Assembly (NCBI GenBank): GCA_963664815.2
Contig: CAXXHB010000003.1
Coordinates: 2,784,001 to 2,848,000 of the forward strand
Origin: Spirochaetota bacterium
GTDB taxonomy: Bacteria; Spirochaetota; UBA4802; UBA5550
Direction: 5' to 3'
Length of the DNA stretch: 64,000 bases
Within the stretch, counting starts at the first letter, position 1, and every line of letters begins with the position of its first letter. The notes under the pieces were generated by a model. It made no database searches and was not told where the DNA came from. It worked only from the letters and a program-made list of their open reading frames with translations. Shown in pieces: positions 1 to 9,082 of the stretch. A program made the position numbers and the translations under genes.

Positions 1-361
1 CTGAAATTTCACCGGAGGGTGATACAACAACTGCATCCCCAGTTCCGCCGCCTCCCGATGGAATTACAGGTGAACCTGGAGCAATACCGCGGAGGTATTC
101 AGACATAAAAAGGTTGTACCCCGACTTTCTCTTCCTCTTTGCCCTGTTTCTGTAGAGAGCCTTCTCCTCTTCCGGAAGAACCTGCCAGGCCTTTACGCCG
201 CCGCCGAAATTACCCCTGCACTTCACCTGCGGTTCAGTACGCGGATTGGAGGGAATTGTGCGTGCTTTAATGTAGATTTTACCGTAACGACGATAAAAAA
301 CAAGACCATCCATACCGCCATGCGCAGTCCTTAAATAAGGGTGAAGCTTAACCTTTGCCAT
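1..361 (-). CDS. Basic protein, 3'-truncated by window edge and absent from the ORF track; MAKVKLHPYLRTAHGGMDGLVFYRRYGKIYIKARTIPSNPRTEPQ...AWQVLPEEEKALYRNRAKRKRKSGYNLFMSEYL...
   Basis: ATG at 361-359 with AAAGGAG RBS at 377-371; 120 codons open to the edge (translated by hand). Confidence 0.8.
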   Translation of the reverse strand, partial: MAKVKLHPYLRTAHGGMDGLVFYRRYGKIYIKARTIPSNPRTEPQVKCRGNFGGGVKAWQVLPEEEKALYRNRAKRKRKSGYNLFMSEYLRGIAPGSPVIPSGGGGTGDAVVVSPSGEIS

Positions 362-544
362 AGATATACACTCCTTTATTGCTGTTATATTTTATCGTTA
401 TTTATATAGAAACTTATGTCTCTAATAACCAGTGCGGAAAAACAAATGACATGGGGCAAGCAGAATTTTTAAAAATTTTTATATGTTAAAATATGTTTTG
501 TTTTGCCCCTTCTGGGCGCCCGAGCGTAGCGACAAAGTACCCTT

Positions 545-625
545 GGGGTAGGTGCGGGGTCTGATGAGTCCAGGTTGCTGAAGGTATACTTATACAGACA
601 GTTCTGCCTTGCCACCTCCGGGGTA
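545..625 (+). repeat. GTAG-REP-like hairpin unit 1 (left of the IS)
   Basis: 551-590 matches 2335-2374 at 36/40; starts GGGTAGGTGCGGGG; arms GGTGCGGGG/CCTTGCCACC. Confidence 0.65.
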
Positions 626-2331
626 GCATGTTGAATAATAAAAATTCAAAACAGGAAGTATGAATTTTCTATAAATTTTTATTATACTTTCTAATTATTC
701 AAATATTTTACTTCGACTTCATATACATCGCATAAACCATCCACGACATCTTCTCACGCTACTGCAGATTGAATTCCAACCCATCCTATATCCGCTACTG
801 CCTTCTGAAGTTTTTTCAGGTTATATGTAATGCCGGCCAGAATCGATATAGTATTACATTTCTTTCGTCCCCGCCAATTCAAACGGCTCAGACCATTGTT
901 GAATTTCAAGTCAAAGAAATTGTGTTCTTTTCCAATACGCCTGTTATATTTATACTTCCATTCTTCGCTTTGCATTCGATCTCTATATTTGAACCAGAGT
1001 TCTTTGTTATCAACATAGGTTTTTGATACCGTAAAGACTCTGCTCTTATTTCTATCCTTATCTTTCCAGCATGATGAATAATGCTCACATCCTACACAAA
1101 AATTACGGCTCAATGTGAATTTGTACTTATTGTCAGATTTTTCTAATCTCCCCTTTTTCTTACGTTTACCTTTGCAGAAAAAATATACTCCATCTTCTTC
1201 TTGTTGTACATGATGTTCTCCCTTTATAAACCAGCTCTCTGTAAAATGTAATGGGGGTGCTATATATAAATCTTTACCTTCCTGAATTAATTCACTCATC
1301 TGTGTAATGTTGAAATAACCTTTGTCTAATAAATACTCACTTTCACATTTAACTGCATTGCTTTCTTTAGCAACTTCTACTTTTTCTACCATATCTGAAA
1401 GCAGGCTTATATCGCTTTCTTTAGATGTGGCCTCTATTGAAAGAAGTATGTCGTTGCTGCAAAATGCCGCCTGCACGTTATATCCCTGAATATAGCTTTC
1501 ATCCTTTTTAAGAAGCTTACTCTCACTATCGGTTAAGTTCACTTTTGTTTCAGGTGTGATTCTTTCCTCTTTGACCTCATCCTCATATGACTTTATTTTC
1601 ATCATGATCTGGTCATATTTATTTTTCTGCTTTTCTATCAGATCTTTCTCTTTATTTAATTCTTCTTCGCTTATTTCGTCCTTATCTTTTAACTCTGATA
1701 TGTATTTTGCTCTCGCTAAAAGTTTCGCGGATAGGTTCTCATAATGTTTTAGCTTCTTATCGAAACCTTCCTTGTCTCGTGTAAATTCTTTACTGGCATT
1801 ACTGCTTATCTTTGTACCGTCTATCATTATTCTGCGCCAGTCTATCAGATTTAATTCTTCAAGTATATATAATAAACGGGCAAAGATAACTGGAATCTGA
1901 TCTGGAAAATCGTTAAGAAAACGGCAAAGTGTCGAATAATCTATTGATCTGCCGCCGCTTAAAAATAAAAATCCGGGATGATTGCGATTAAGCATTCTCT
2001 CGATCTTTCTCATCGACTCTATCCCCTGGCTTAATCCATATAAAATTACTTTCAATTTTGCCGAGGGCTCTATCGCCTTTTGCCCTACCGTATCATTCTT
2101 ATATTTTTTATCAAATGGTTTTGTATCAACATATTCATCTATGAATCTATCAATTACCTTCTCTATTGAATTATCATCAAATATTTCTTCCGGATATATT
2201 GTTAAAAAATATCCTTGCCCCCTCTCTATAGGTTTATACTTTGCCATGTATAATCTCCATACCTTTGATATTTTCATCATGGTTTATAATTTCCTGCCTG
2301 TCAATTAATACTTTGATTAATCAACAGGCAA
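624..2331 (-). mobile_element. IS1182-like insertion sequence, ~1.7 kb
   Basis: Single DDE transposase; imperfect terminal IRs GCATGTTGAATAATAAAA (626-643) and revcomp of 2312-2329 GCCTGTTGATTAATCAAA (15/18); possible GGGG target duplication at 620-623 / 2332-2335 (exact ends uncertain by 2 bp). Confidence 0.8.
754..2247 (-). CDS. IS1182-family DDE transposase
   Basis: N-terminal DUF772-like 'LKVILYG..GIESMRKIER..DYSTLCRF'; IDGTKI, NLTDSES, GYNVQ, LDKGY motifs; CxxC..C; start moved to MAKYK, which has a GGAG RBS. Confidence 0.88.
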   Translation of the reverse strand: MAKYKPIERGQGYFLTIYPEEIFDDNSIEKVIDRFIDEYVDTKPFDKKYKNDTVGQKAIEPSAKLKVILYGLSQGIESMRKIERMLNRNHPGFLFLSGGRSIDYSTLCRFLNDFPDQIPVIFARLLYILEELNLIDWRRIMIDGTKISSNASKEFTRDKEGFDKKLKHYENLSAKLLARAKYISELKDKDEISEEELNKEKDLIEKQKNKYDQIMMKIKSYEDEVKEERITPETKVNLTDSESKLLKKDESYIQGYNVQAAFCSNDILLSIEATSKESDISLLSDMVEKVEVAKESNAVKCESEYLLDKGYFNITQMSELIQEGKDLYIAPPLHFTESWFIKGEHHVQQEEDGVYFFCKGKRKKKGRLEKSDNKYKFTLSRNFCVGCEHYSSCWKDKDRNKSRVFTVSKTYVDNKELWFKYRDRMQSEEWKYKYNRRIGKEHNFFDLKFNNGLSRLNWRGRKKCNTISILAGITYNLKKLQKAVADIGWVGIQSAVA

Positions 2332-2455
2332 GGGGGTGCGGGGGCTGAGGAGTCCAGGCTGCTGAAAGTATACTGTTCTGCTTTGCTCCCTCCCAGGGTA
2401 GGTGCAGGGGCTTAGCCGCATCGTAGTACAGGTCGCGATAAGTCCCATCCCCCTA
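2332..2455 (+). repeat. GTAG-REP-like hairpin units 2 and 3 (right of the IS)
   Basis: GGTGC recurs at 2335 and 2401 (66-bp period); unit 3 stem GGGGCTTA/TAAGTCCC. Confidence 0.65.
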
Positions 2456-3763
2456 TTGCTGTTTGAATGGAATATTATTCTCCCGGGCAAACCTCTCTGC
2501 AGAGGAACCGTTTTTTCCATATATGGTTAAACCTTTACAGCCCCAGAATACACCGTTTTCTATCTTCATAACAGTGTCAGGTATAGTTATTGAAGCAAGT
2601 CCCGTGCATCTTATAAATGCATTTTCACCTATATCTGTAATACCCGCAGGGAGGATTACGGAGGTTAAACCGTCACATCCGCAAAACGCGCTCTTCCCTA
2701 TACCTTTAATGCCGGCTGGAAAGGTTATGGATGTCAGCCCCTTACAGTCAATGAAGGCATTCTCCCCGATAGTTTTAACGCCGGGGTGAACTGTTAAACC
2801 CCCTTTTTTGCCCGGAGGGTAAATAAACAGAAAAGTTTTATCTTTTGAATACAATACGCCATCAACAGATGAATAATATGGATTTTCATTTACCACATTG
2901 ATTGAAGTTAAATCTCCGCAGCAGTAAAATGCCTGTTTATCTGCGTTTTTAAGGCTTACAGGAAGAGTTACAGATTTAAGTCCCGAATAGGCAAAGGCAC
3001 ATTCCCCGATAGCGGCAACGCCCTGCGGAATAATTATCGATGTTAATGCGTTGCAGCTCCAGAATGCCCGGTCTTCTATATTTGTAACGCTTTCAGGGAT
3101 AGTGACCGATGTCAAGCCTTTGCAGTTTTCAAATGCCTGCTCGCCAATAACTGTAACGCCGACAGGCAGAGTAACAGATTTCAATCCGCTGCATCCGCTG
3201 AAGAGGCACTTTGATATCTTTGTAATCCCCGGCTGAAGCATCACGGATGTTAAACCCTCACATCCGGAAAAGGCACACTCCCCTATCTTTTTAACGCTGC
3301 CGGGGATACTTATTGAGGTTAAACCTGTACATCCGCTGAATGTGCAGTCTCCGATAGTAATCAGGTCTGCGGGGATGGTTACTGATTTCAGTCCGGTACA
3401 TCCGCTGAAGGCAAACGCCCCGGTACGTTTAAGGTCTGAAGGGAGGGTTATCGATGTCAAACCTGTACATCCGCTGAAGGCGAACTCGCCGATATCTGTC
3501 AGTCCCGAAGGGAGAGTTACTGATTTCATATCAGTGTAGTTGTTAAAAACTTCACGCCCTATGCCTGTAACGGTATAGCCTTCAATCTTCGCGGGTATTA
3601 TCACATCATTTTCTATGCCTATATATTTTTCTATTATGACATTGCCGTCTTTAATGGTGTATTTAAAATCGTCGGAATCATCACCCCTTGCCGGGAGAGC
3701 TGCAGTTATGAAAACAGTTATAAAGAGAACAGTCCGGGATAATGCATTATAATTTCTTTTCAT
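2453..3763 (-). CDS. BspA/TpLRR-type leucine-rich repeat surface protein
   Basis: Signal peptide; many 23-aa repeats (AFSGCTGLTSITLP..IGE); insert 'NPYYSSVDGVLYSKDKT'. Confidence 0.93.
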   Translation of the reverse strand: MKRNYNALSRTVLFITVFITAALPARGDDSDDFKYTIKDGNVIIEKYIGIENDVIIPAKIEGYTVTGIGREVFNNYTDMKSVTLPSGLTDIGEFAFSGCTGLTSITLPSDLKRTGAFAFSGCTGLKSVTIPADLITIGDCTFSGCTGLTSISIPGSVKKIGECAFSGCEGLTSVMLQPGITKISKCLFSGCSGLKSVTLPVGVTVIGEQAFENCKGLTSVTIPESVTNIEDRAFWSCNALTSIIIPQGVAAIGECAFAYSGLKSVTLPVSLKNADKQAFYCCGDLTSINVVNENPYYSSVDGVLYSKDKTFLFIYPPGKKGGLTVHPGVKTIGENAFIDCKGLTSITFPAGIKGIGKSAFCGCDGLTSVILPAGITDIGENAFIRCTGLASITIPDTVMKIENGVFWGCKGLTIYGKNGSSAERFARENNIPFKQQ

Positions 3764-3866
3764 GGTACACCATCCGTAAATTAATTAAGCATAAGGGTTT
3801 TCAATCTGTGAAACAAAGATATTTCACGATTAAGTCAGTATAAACAATGCCGCTGCGGTGAATTGC

Positions 3867-4679
3867 TTATTTATTCTTTCCCCCCTTTTTATCGGCGGAA
3901 TATACGTCCCCCTGTGGGCCTATTAAAAGATACTTGTCCGCTGTTTCCGCAGTCAAAAGCCTGTTTACCCCGCCATAGGCGCCATTTAATATTGTAATAA
4001 GCCTCTCCTCCCTGCCGGAGGTTGACTCGGCCCAAACATTTTCATATTCATCACTGTTGATGATTTCAATGTTTACAATCGGACCTTCAACTGTATAGAC
4101 ACCGGTAAAGTCTTTATTATCCGAAAAGGATTCACCCCTGTAATAGTTGTGCGAGGCAGAGGTATTATATTCAAATTTTTTATCAGATGCAAAATTTACA
4201 GTTTCAGCGAAATAATGTGAAGTCCCGCCGGAAATTTCATCACCCTCAGATTCCACCTTTGTGGCTTCATTCCTGTAGCTTACATTAAGCTGCAGCGGAG
4301 TCCCGGCAACAGCTCCCATCGGTACATTGTATATTGTTTCAGGCTCTTCATCAGTCAGAAATCCGCTGAAGCACCAACCTTCATAGTATTCGGAACCGTT
4401 CTGTTTATTTTTGCACTTTGCCCTTATCCATATACCGCTTTTCATACCGCTTTTCCCCGATATGGTTGCGCCGGTTTTACTCTCTTCAAGCACCTTGACC
4501 TTTGTGTGATATGGTATTACCGCTGTTACAGGTGAGGATTGACTTTTATCCTGATAAAACGTCAACCCTTCATATGCTGTTACATACCTGATTGAACTGA
4601 GACCGGCTGCGGCTGACTGTATTGAAAGCAATGCGGAAAGAATTAATACGGGGTAAAGGAATTTATATCCTGTCATCAC
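3867..4679 (-). CDS. Exported SH3-domain protein
   Basis: Signal peptide; 'YVTAYEGL...IPYHTKVKVLE...W...EGWCFSGFL' spirochete-type SH3 pattern. Confidence 0.75.
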   Translation of the reverse strand: MMTGYKFLYPVLILSALLSIQSAAAGLSSIRYVTAYEGLTFYQDKSQSSPVTAVIPYHTKVKVLEESKTGATISGKSGMKSGIWIRAKCKNKQNGSEYYEGWCFSGFLTDEEPETIYNVPMGAVAGTPLQLNVSYRNEATKVESEGDEISGGTSHYFAETVNFASDKKFEYNTSASHNYYRGESFSDNKDFTGVYTVEGPIVNIEIINSDEYENVWAESTSGREERLITILNGAYGGVNRLLTAETADKYLLIGPQGDVYSADKKGGKNK

Positions 4680-4861
4680 CAGCCTCCGGTTGATTTGTGC
4701 AGAAACAGAACTTTCAGGGAAACATACAAACTTTTACATTAAAAGAGCAAATGTCAATAAAAATATCACTCCCGACGGAAAAGTATGCCGTTGTAATAAA
4801 AAAATTCTTGTAAAACTGTTTTTTTCAGGTATATTATGCAGATAAAATCCGGGAGGAAAAA

Positions 4862-5542
4862 ATGCGTCATATAAAACTTTTTTTAATTATGGTTTCGCTG
4901 ATATCACTTACAGGCATTCAGCAGATAAGGGCTGCGGCAAATGACATTACCATATACAGCTCCACTTCATGCGACTGGACAAAAGAGATGATCGATTTTC
5001 TTAAAACCAGAAACATCCCGTATGTTTTCAAAGATCTGGATAATGAAAACAATCATAACGAGATGATGGAGGTGGTTGAAAGAGCTGCATATCAGTCAGA
5101 CTTCTCATATCCTGTAATGAATATAAAAGGGCAGATAGTCATGCGCCCTGCGCCTGATGATGTTATAAAAGCCCTGAACGGCCAGACAATTCATGGAGTT
5201 GAAAAACGGTTTTACAAAGATGAAAACTGGCGCATCAGTTATCCTAAATCGATGCTGTACAGCCTGAATGATGTTTATAACAGAATAAAACAGGGTGATG
5301 TGACTGTTTATGACAACAACAGCCCTAAAGGCAAAAAACTGATTAAAGCGCTGGAGGCTGAAAAAATTCCATATAAACTGGAAACCGTTAACCCTGCAGA
5401 TAAAGGCTTCAGAGCTGTTCTTGATAAAAACGGATTCGGCAGGAAAATTGTCATGCCCGTAGCAGACGTTAAGGGTATAATGATCATGGATGCGGAGAGA
5501 AATTCCGTAGTACTTATGCTTATTCAGCTGCTTGGCGATTAA
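4862..5542 (+). CDS. Exported protein with two glutaredoxin-like domains
   Basis: Signal peptide; 'ITIYSSTSCDWT..FLKTRNIPY..YPVM' and second 'VTVYD..LEAEKIPY..MPVA'; GGAGG RBS. Confidence 0.7.
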   Translation: MRHIKLFLIMVSLISLTGIQQIRAAANDITIYSSTSCDWTKEMIDFLKTRNIPYVFKDLDNENNHNEMMEVVERAAYQSDFSYPVMNIKGQIVMRPAPDDVIKALNGQTIHGVEKRFYKDENWRISYPKSMLYSLNDVYNRIKQGDVTVYDNNSPKGKKLIKALEAEKIPYKLETVNPADKGFRAVLDKNGFGRKIVMPVADVKGIMIMDAERNSVVLMLIQLLGD

Positions 5543-5564
5543 ACGGGATACTTGACAGATAATC

Positions 5565-5596
5565 CGATACTGATGCGAGAAATCGCATCAGTATCG
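5565..5596. terminator. Perfect 14-bp hairpin with GAAA loop between convergent genes (terminator or REP-like)
   Basis: CGATACTGATGCGA-GAAA-TCGCATCAGTATCG; no clear U-tract. Confidence 0.5.
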
Positions 5597-5719
5597 AAAA
5601 CGAATCTTTTAAAGGGATTCTAAACTCATGAAACTGCTTTAAAAACACAGGGAAATTGTCCGCCCAATACACGCTTTGGTCAGTTCACTTGCACCATAAG
5701 CCCTCAGAATTCCCTGTAA

Positions 5720-6100
5720 TCAGATCCGCCTCACCCATTCCGGGTTCTTCGTTCCGCAGATAATCTCCACATCTGTTCCGCTGGACATAATCCTCTTTGC
5801 AGTTTTATAAAATCCTTTATCCTCGCTTATAATAATGATCTTCCCGGCCCTGTTATTATTATCAGCAAGAACCTCATCAATCATACTTTTTATTTTTTTA
5901 TCAGCCGCGTTCTTTGAAATCAGCCCGGCATCGGCAAGTGTCCATCCGTTTAATGTCAGAACCTCTTTGCGCGCCTCTTTGATCTTTGAAAAAACAACAT
6001 ACCGTTTTATATCACCCTTAATGTTTACAGTATGCTCCATTATTCTCTCAAGGTTATGAAAGGATACATTTTCGATGTCCCAGAAGATAAAAGTTGTCAT
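5720..6100 (-). CDS. NYN-domain (LabA/PIN-like) protein
   Basis: 'IFWDIENV', 'KNAADKKI', 'IISEDKGF' acidic motifs. Confidence 0.8.
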   Translation of the reverse strand: MTTFIFWDIENVSFHNLERIMEHTVNIKGDIKRYVVFSKIKEARKEVLTLNGWTLADAGLISKNAADKKIKSMIDEVLADNNNRAGKIIIISEDKGFYKTAKRIMSSGTDVEIICGTKNPEWVRRI

Positions 6101-6470
6101 TTATGAATCTCCGGATTTTTTCCCCTTTCTTACCAGATGCGGCAGGCAGGGTAAATTTTGTTAAACAAATATAATGTTAATACTGGTTTTCCAAGTCTTA
6201 TAAGACATAAAACCATCAGTGTCAACACCTATAAACCGCCGACTATACAGTCATACCGGAAAATAAAGCATTATAAACATATGAAATTCATCAGACAAAC
6301 CCGCGGAGGTGACATAAGAAACATCTGACTGCATAATATTTCAAATAAATTAAAAAATTAAGAATAACAGCAGTTATACAGAATAAAAGGTTGAAAAACA
6401 AAGTGTTATATCCGGCAGTTGTAAATAAATCCGGGTCCGGTAAAAGCCTGGTAGAAGCAGGTAAGAAAAG

Positions 6471-7637
6471 ATGACAGATGCCGAATTTATTATAAAATAT
6501 TCGACCAGAAGCGTATTCCTTTTGGAAAACATCCTGTTTCTTTATGTTTTTCTGACACCGGGACGATTAAGATTTTTCCAGCTTGCCGCTTTTGTAATAA
6601 CATGGGTAATCGCGTATATTATACGCCATATATTGATGCTCTTCATCCCCGACCCGCTGCTGATCAGTTATATTATCGGTTGTCTGTACCTTATCCCCTG
6701 CGTGCTGATATTTAAAGAGACAATCCAGGCGAAGATCTTCGTTTTTTTCATGATCTATTCAATGTCACAGTGCACATTCCTGTTTTTCATGTATCTGGAC
6801 CGGTATATGACCCCGCCGGTACCCTATACCGTTGTTCTGTCAGGTATGCTGCTTGAGCTGGCATCCCTGCCTCTCATTAACCGCTATATCAGGCAGCCCG
6901 TGAGGAGCATTCTTGAGATTATAAATCTGCAGAATCCTGTTTTTACGCTGTTTCCAATATTGTCATTTTTTCTTCTGGCAATCTACGGTCTGCAGGATAC
7001 ATACCAGTTAACGAATTTCATAACACTGGCATTATCCATAACACTTATTTTTTTCGCCTACTATCTTACAGCCACATCAATAGCCGGAGCCAGGCGCCTG
7101 CAGCACCTGGAGTATATCTCAATGACCGACAGCCTTACAGGCCTTTACAACCGCCGGTATATGGAAAAGCTGATCAGTCAGGAATACGATCAGTATCTCC
7201 GCACCGGTTCAGGCTTTGCACTTGCAAGCGCGGATATCGACTTTTTTAAAAATGTCAATGACATATACGGCCATGACATCGGGGACACTGTACTCAGATC
7301 TATTGCTGATGAAATACTCGGATCGGTGAGAACATACGATACCGTAGCGCGCTGGGGCGGTGAGGAGTTTCTTATACTTCTGCCTTCAACCAACGAGCAC
7401 CATGCGATGGAACTTGCCGAAAGAATCCGAAAAAGAATCGAAGATGGAAGGTATATTCCCGGTGACAGCACGTCCATGATAACATTAACACTGGGAGTCT
7501 CGGTTATCACTCCGGCCGATACGGTTGAAAGCTTAATCCAGAGAGCCGATGTTGCTCTTTACCACGGGAAACGAGAAAGCCGGAACTGTGTTATTTCTTT
7601 TAACAGTATAGATCCTGCCGTAACTGCAGATATCTGA
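6471..7637 (+). CDS. Membrane-bound diguanylate cyclase (GGDEF)
   Basis: Multi-TM N-terminus; DSLTGLYNRR, DIDFFK.VND.YGH, RTYD I-site, GGEEF. Confidence 0.95.
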   Translation: MTDAEFIIKYSTRSVFLLENILFLYVFLTPGRLRFFQLAAFVITWVIAYIIRHILMLFIPDPLLISYIIGCLYLIPCVLIFKETIQAKIFVFFMIYSMSQCTFLFFMYLDRYMTPPVPYTVVLSGMLLELASLPLINRYIRQPVRSILEIINLQNPVFTLFPILSFFLLAIYGLQDTYQLTNFITLALSITLIFFAYYLTATSIAGARRLQHLEYISMTDSLTGLYNRRYMEKLISQEYDQYLRTGSGFALASADIDFFKNVNDIYGHDIGDTVLRSIADEILGSVRTYDTVARWGGEEFLILLPSTNEHHAMELAERIRKRIEDGRYIPGDSTSMITLTLGVSVITPADTVESLIQRADVALYHGKRESRNCVISFNSIDPAVTADI

Positions 7638-7683
7638 CACTCGCCATAAAACCAGTGATATAAAAAACTGATTAAACAGTATT

Positions 7684-7715
7684 ACCCGCCGCGCTTTCAC
7701 CTGCGGCGGGTCTTT
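7684..7715. terminator. Intrinsic terminator between convergent genes
   Basis: ACCCGCCGC/GCGGCGGGT stem followed by CTTT. Confidence 0.6.
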
Positions 7716-7717
7716 GA

Positions 7718-8389
7718 TTAATCTTTAAAATTATTACCCTTCCCCTTATATCCCACAGTCTGGGACATGATAATTCTCTGGTTCTTCTTCAGTTTCATCT
7801 CCTTAGCAAGAGCCTCTGTATCAATATATGCCCGTATAACTGTCTCAAGCCCCTCGGAGGCACAGTACAGGTAGACATTCTGCCCGATAAACCCTGAGTC
7901 GGCCCCGGCATAGAGCAGTTTCTCCTCTTCCGTTCCACCTGCCACTTCACTCATATCGGCCACATAAACAAGGTTAAGGGCCGCGTCGCTTACGTAACCC
8001 TGTTTACCGGTAGCCGCACGGATATCCTTTTCAACAACAAGTTCAAGCTGGTGTCCCTTTGCGTTGTAAAGATATAACCCGTCTTTCAATGCCGCATAAA
8101 CAGCAATCTCCTGTTTGTCCATTGCAGTAGGCGCGGTGCGTTTTCCTGAATCTTTGCGGTTTATTCCATCAGCCGCCCAGAGAAGATTCGACAACACCTG
8201 CTCAGGGAGATCCTTATCCGAGAATGAGCGCGACGAATGCCTTTTACTTAAAGCCTCCATCAGCGGGATGCCCCCTTTTGTATCGGGTTTTAAAAGTTTT
8301 ACTGTTTTCGGCGCCGTAAAGCATAAATCGGGAACGATCAGCAGCGCAACAAAAAACGCGGCAGCAGCAGGTATAACCTTGAATTTCAT
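7718..8389 (-). CDS. SagB/ThcOx-like nitroreductase-family protein with signal peptide
   Basis: 'LMEALSKRHSSRSFS', 'LLWAADGIN', 'RTAPTA', 'GQNVYLYCASEGL'. Confidence 0.88.
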   Translation of the reverse strand: MKFKVIPAAAAFFVALLIVPDLCFTAPKTVKLLKPDTKGGIPLMEALSKRHSSRSFSDKDLPEQVLSNLLWAADGINRKDSGKRTAPTAMDKQEIAVYAALKDGLYLYNAKGHQLELVVEKDIRAATGKQGYVSDAALNLVYVADMSEVAGGTEEEKLLYAGADSGFIGQNVYLYCASEGLETVIRAYIDTEALAKEMKLKKNQRIIMSQTVGYKGKGNNFKD

Positions 8390-8661
8390 AAATTCCTCCT
8401 CTAAAATTAATTAGAATTAATAAGCCGGCAGTATTTCCGGTACTGACAGAATATTATCTGAATCTGCTATATATAAATTTCAACTTAAAATGTAATTTTT
8501 TTACCCGATTTGTCAAACCGGGCTTATATTTGAAATTGCTTCAAATCCCGCTTTAACAAACTGTCTTGTATACACATTCCAAATTGACCCCGGCCAGCAG
8601 GGCATACCATCCGGTAAAATATTTAACACAAATAATTTAATAACAGTATCTTCAAGTCCCC

Positions 8662-8772
8662 CGCCGGGGATTTAGGGGGCTGTCACCGGAGGATTATGGA
8701 TTCGCCGGGTGATTCAGGGGGCTGTCACCGGAGGATTATGGATTCGCCGGGTGATTCAGGGGGCTGTCGCCG
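8662..8772 (+). repeat. 42-bp tandem repeat, ~2.6 copies
   Basis: AGGGGGCTGTCACCGGAGGATTATGGATTCGCCGGGTGATTC at 8674 and 8716, partial copy at 8758. Confidence 0.9.
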
Positions 8773-8785
8773 AGTTCAGGATATT

Positions 8786-9082
8786 CTACAGGCATTCCTG
8801 GTCGGTAAAATCTATAATTATATTGAATCCTCCATCTACCTTATCACACTTTAAAACTATACCTTCACAGGGGACAGTTAATGACGATTTATCGGAAGGG
8901 ATGGTCAGTTTAAAAGAAACAAGCATCCCTGTATTAATTTCTTTTTCAGCAAAACACAAAAGTCCGCTCTCGCTGATGTTTATACCGGATGTCTTTATTT
9001 CAGGGCCCTGACCGAGTGAAATCATGATATCCTGGGAAATAGGAAATCGTTCATGCCGGCGTTTTTCATTTTTCATATTCAT
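8786..9082 (-). CDS. Stand-alone PilZ-domain protein
   Basis: RRHER (RxxxR) and NISESG motifs; start moved to MNMKNEK. Confidence 0.85.
   Translation of the reverse strand: MNMKNEKRRHERFPISQDIMISLGQGPEIKTSGINISESGLLCFAEKEINTGMLVSFKLTIPSDKSSLTVPCEGIVLKCDKVDGGFNIIIDFTDQECL

Noticed and set aside
561-2392. Hammerhead-like CTGATGAG (561) and CTGAGGAG..GAAA (2345) in the IS-flanking repeats
   Set aside because: Stems I and II cannot be formed properly, and copy 1 has GAAG instead of GAAA
545-2410. IS-flanking direct repeats as a long target-site duplication or a CRISPR array
   Set aside because: The copies are diverged with a 10-nt indel, there are no unique spacers and no cas genes
8709-9011. 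100-aa plus-strand ORF starting in the 42-bp repeat; also the repeat as a mini-CRISPR
   Set aside because: The ORF is antisense to the PilZ gene with no RBS; the repeat units are contiguous with no spacers
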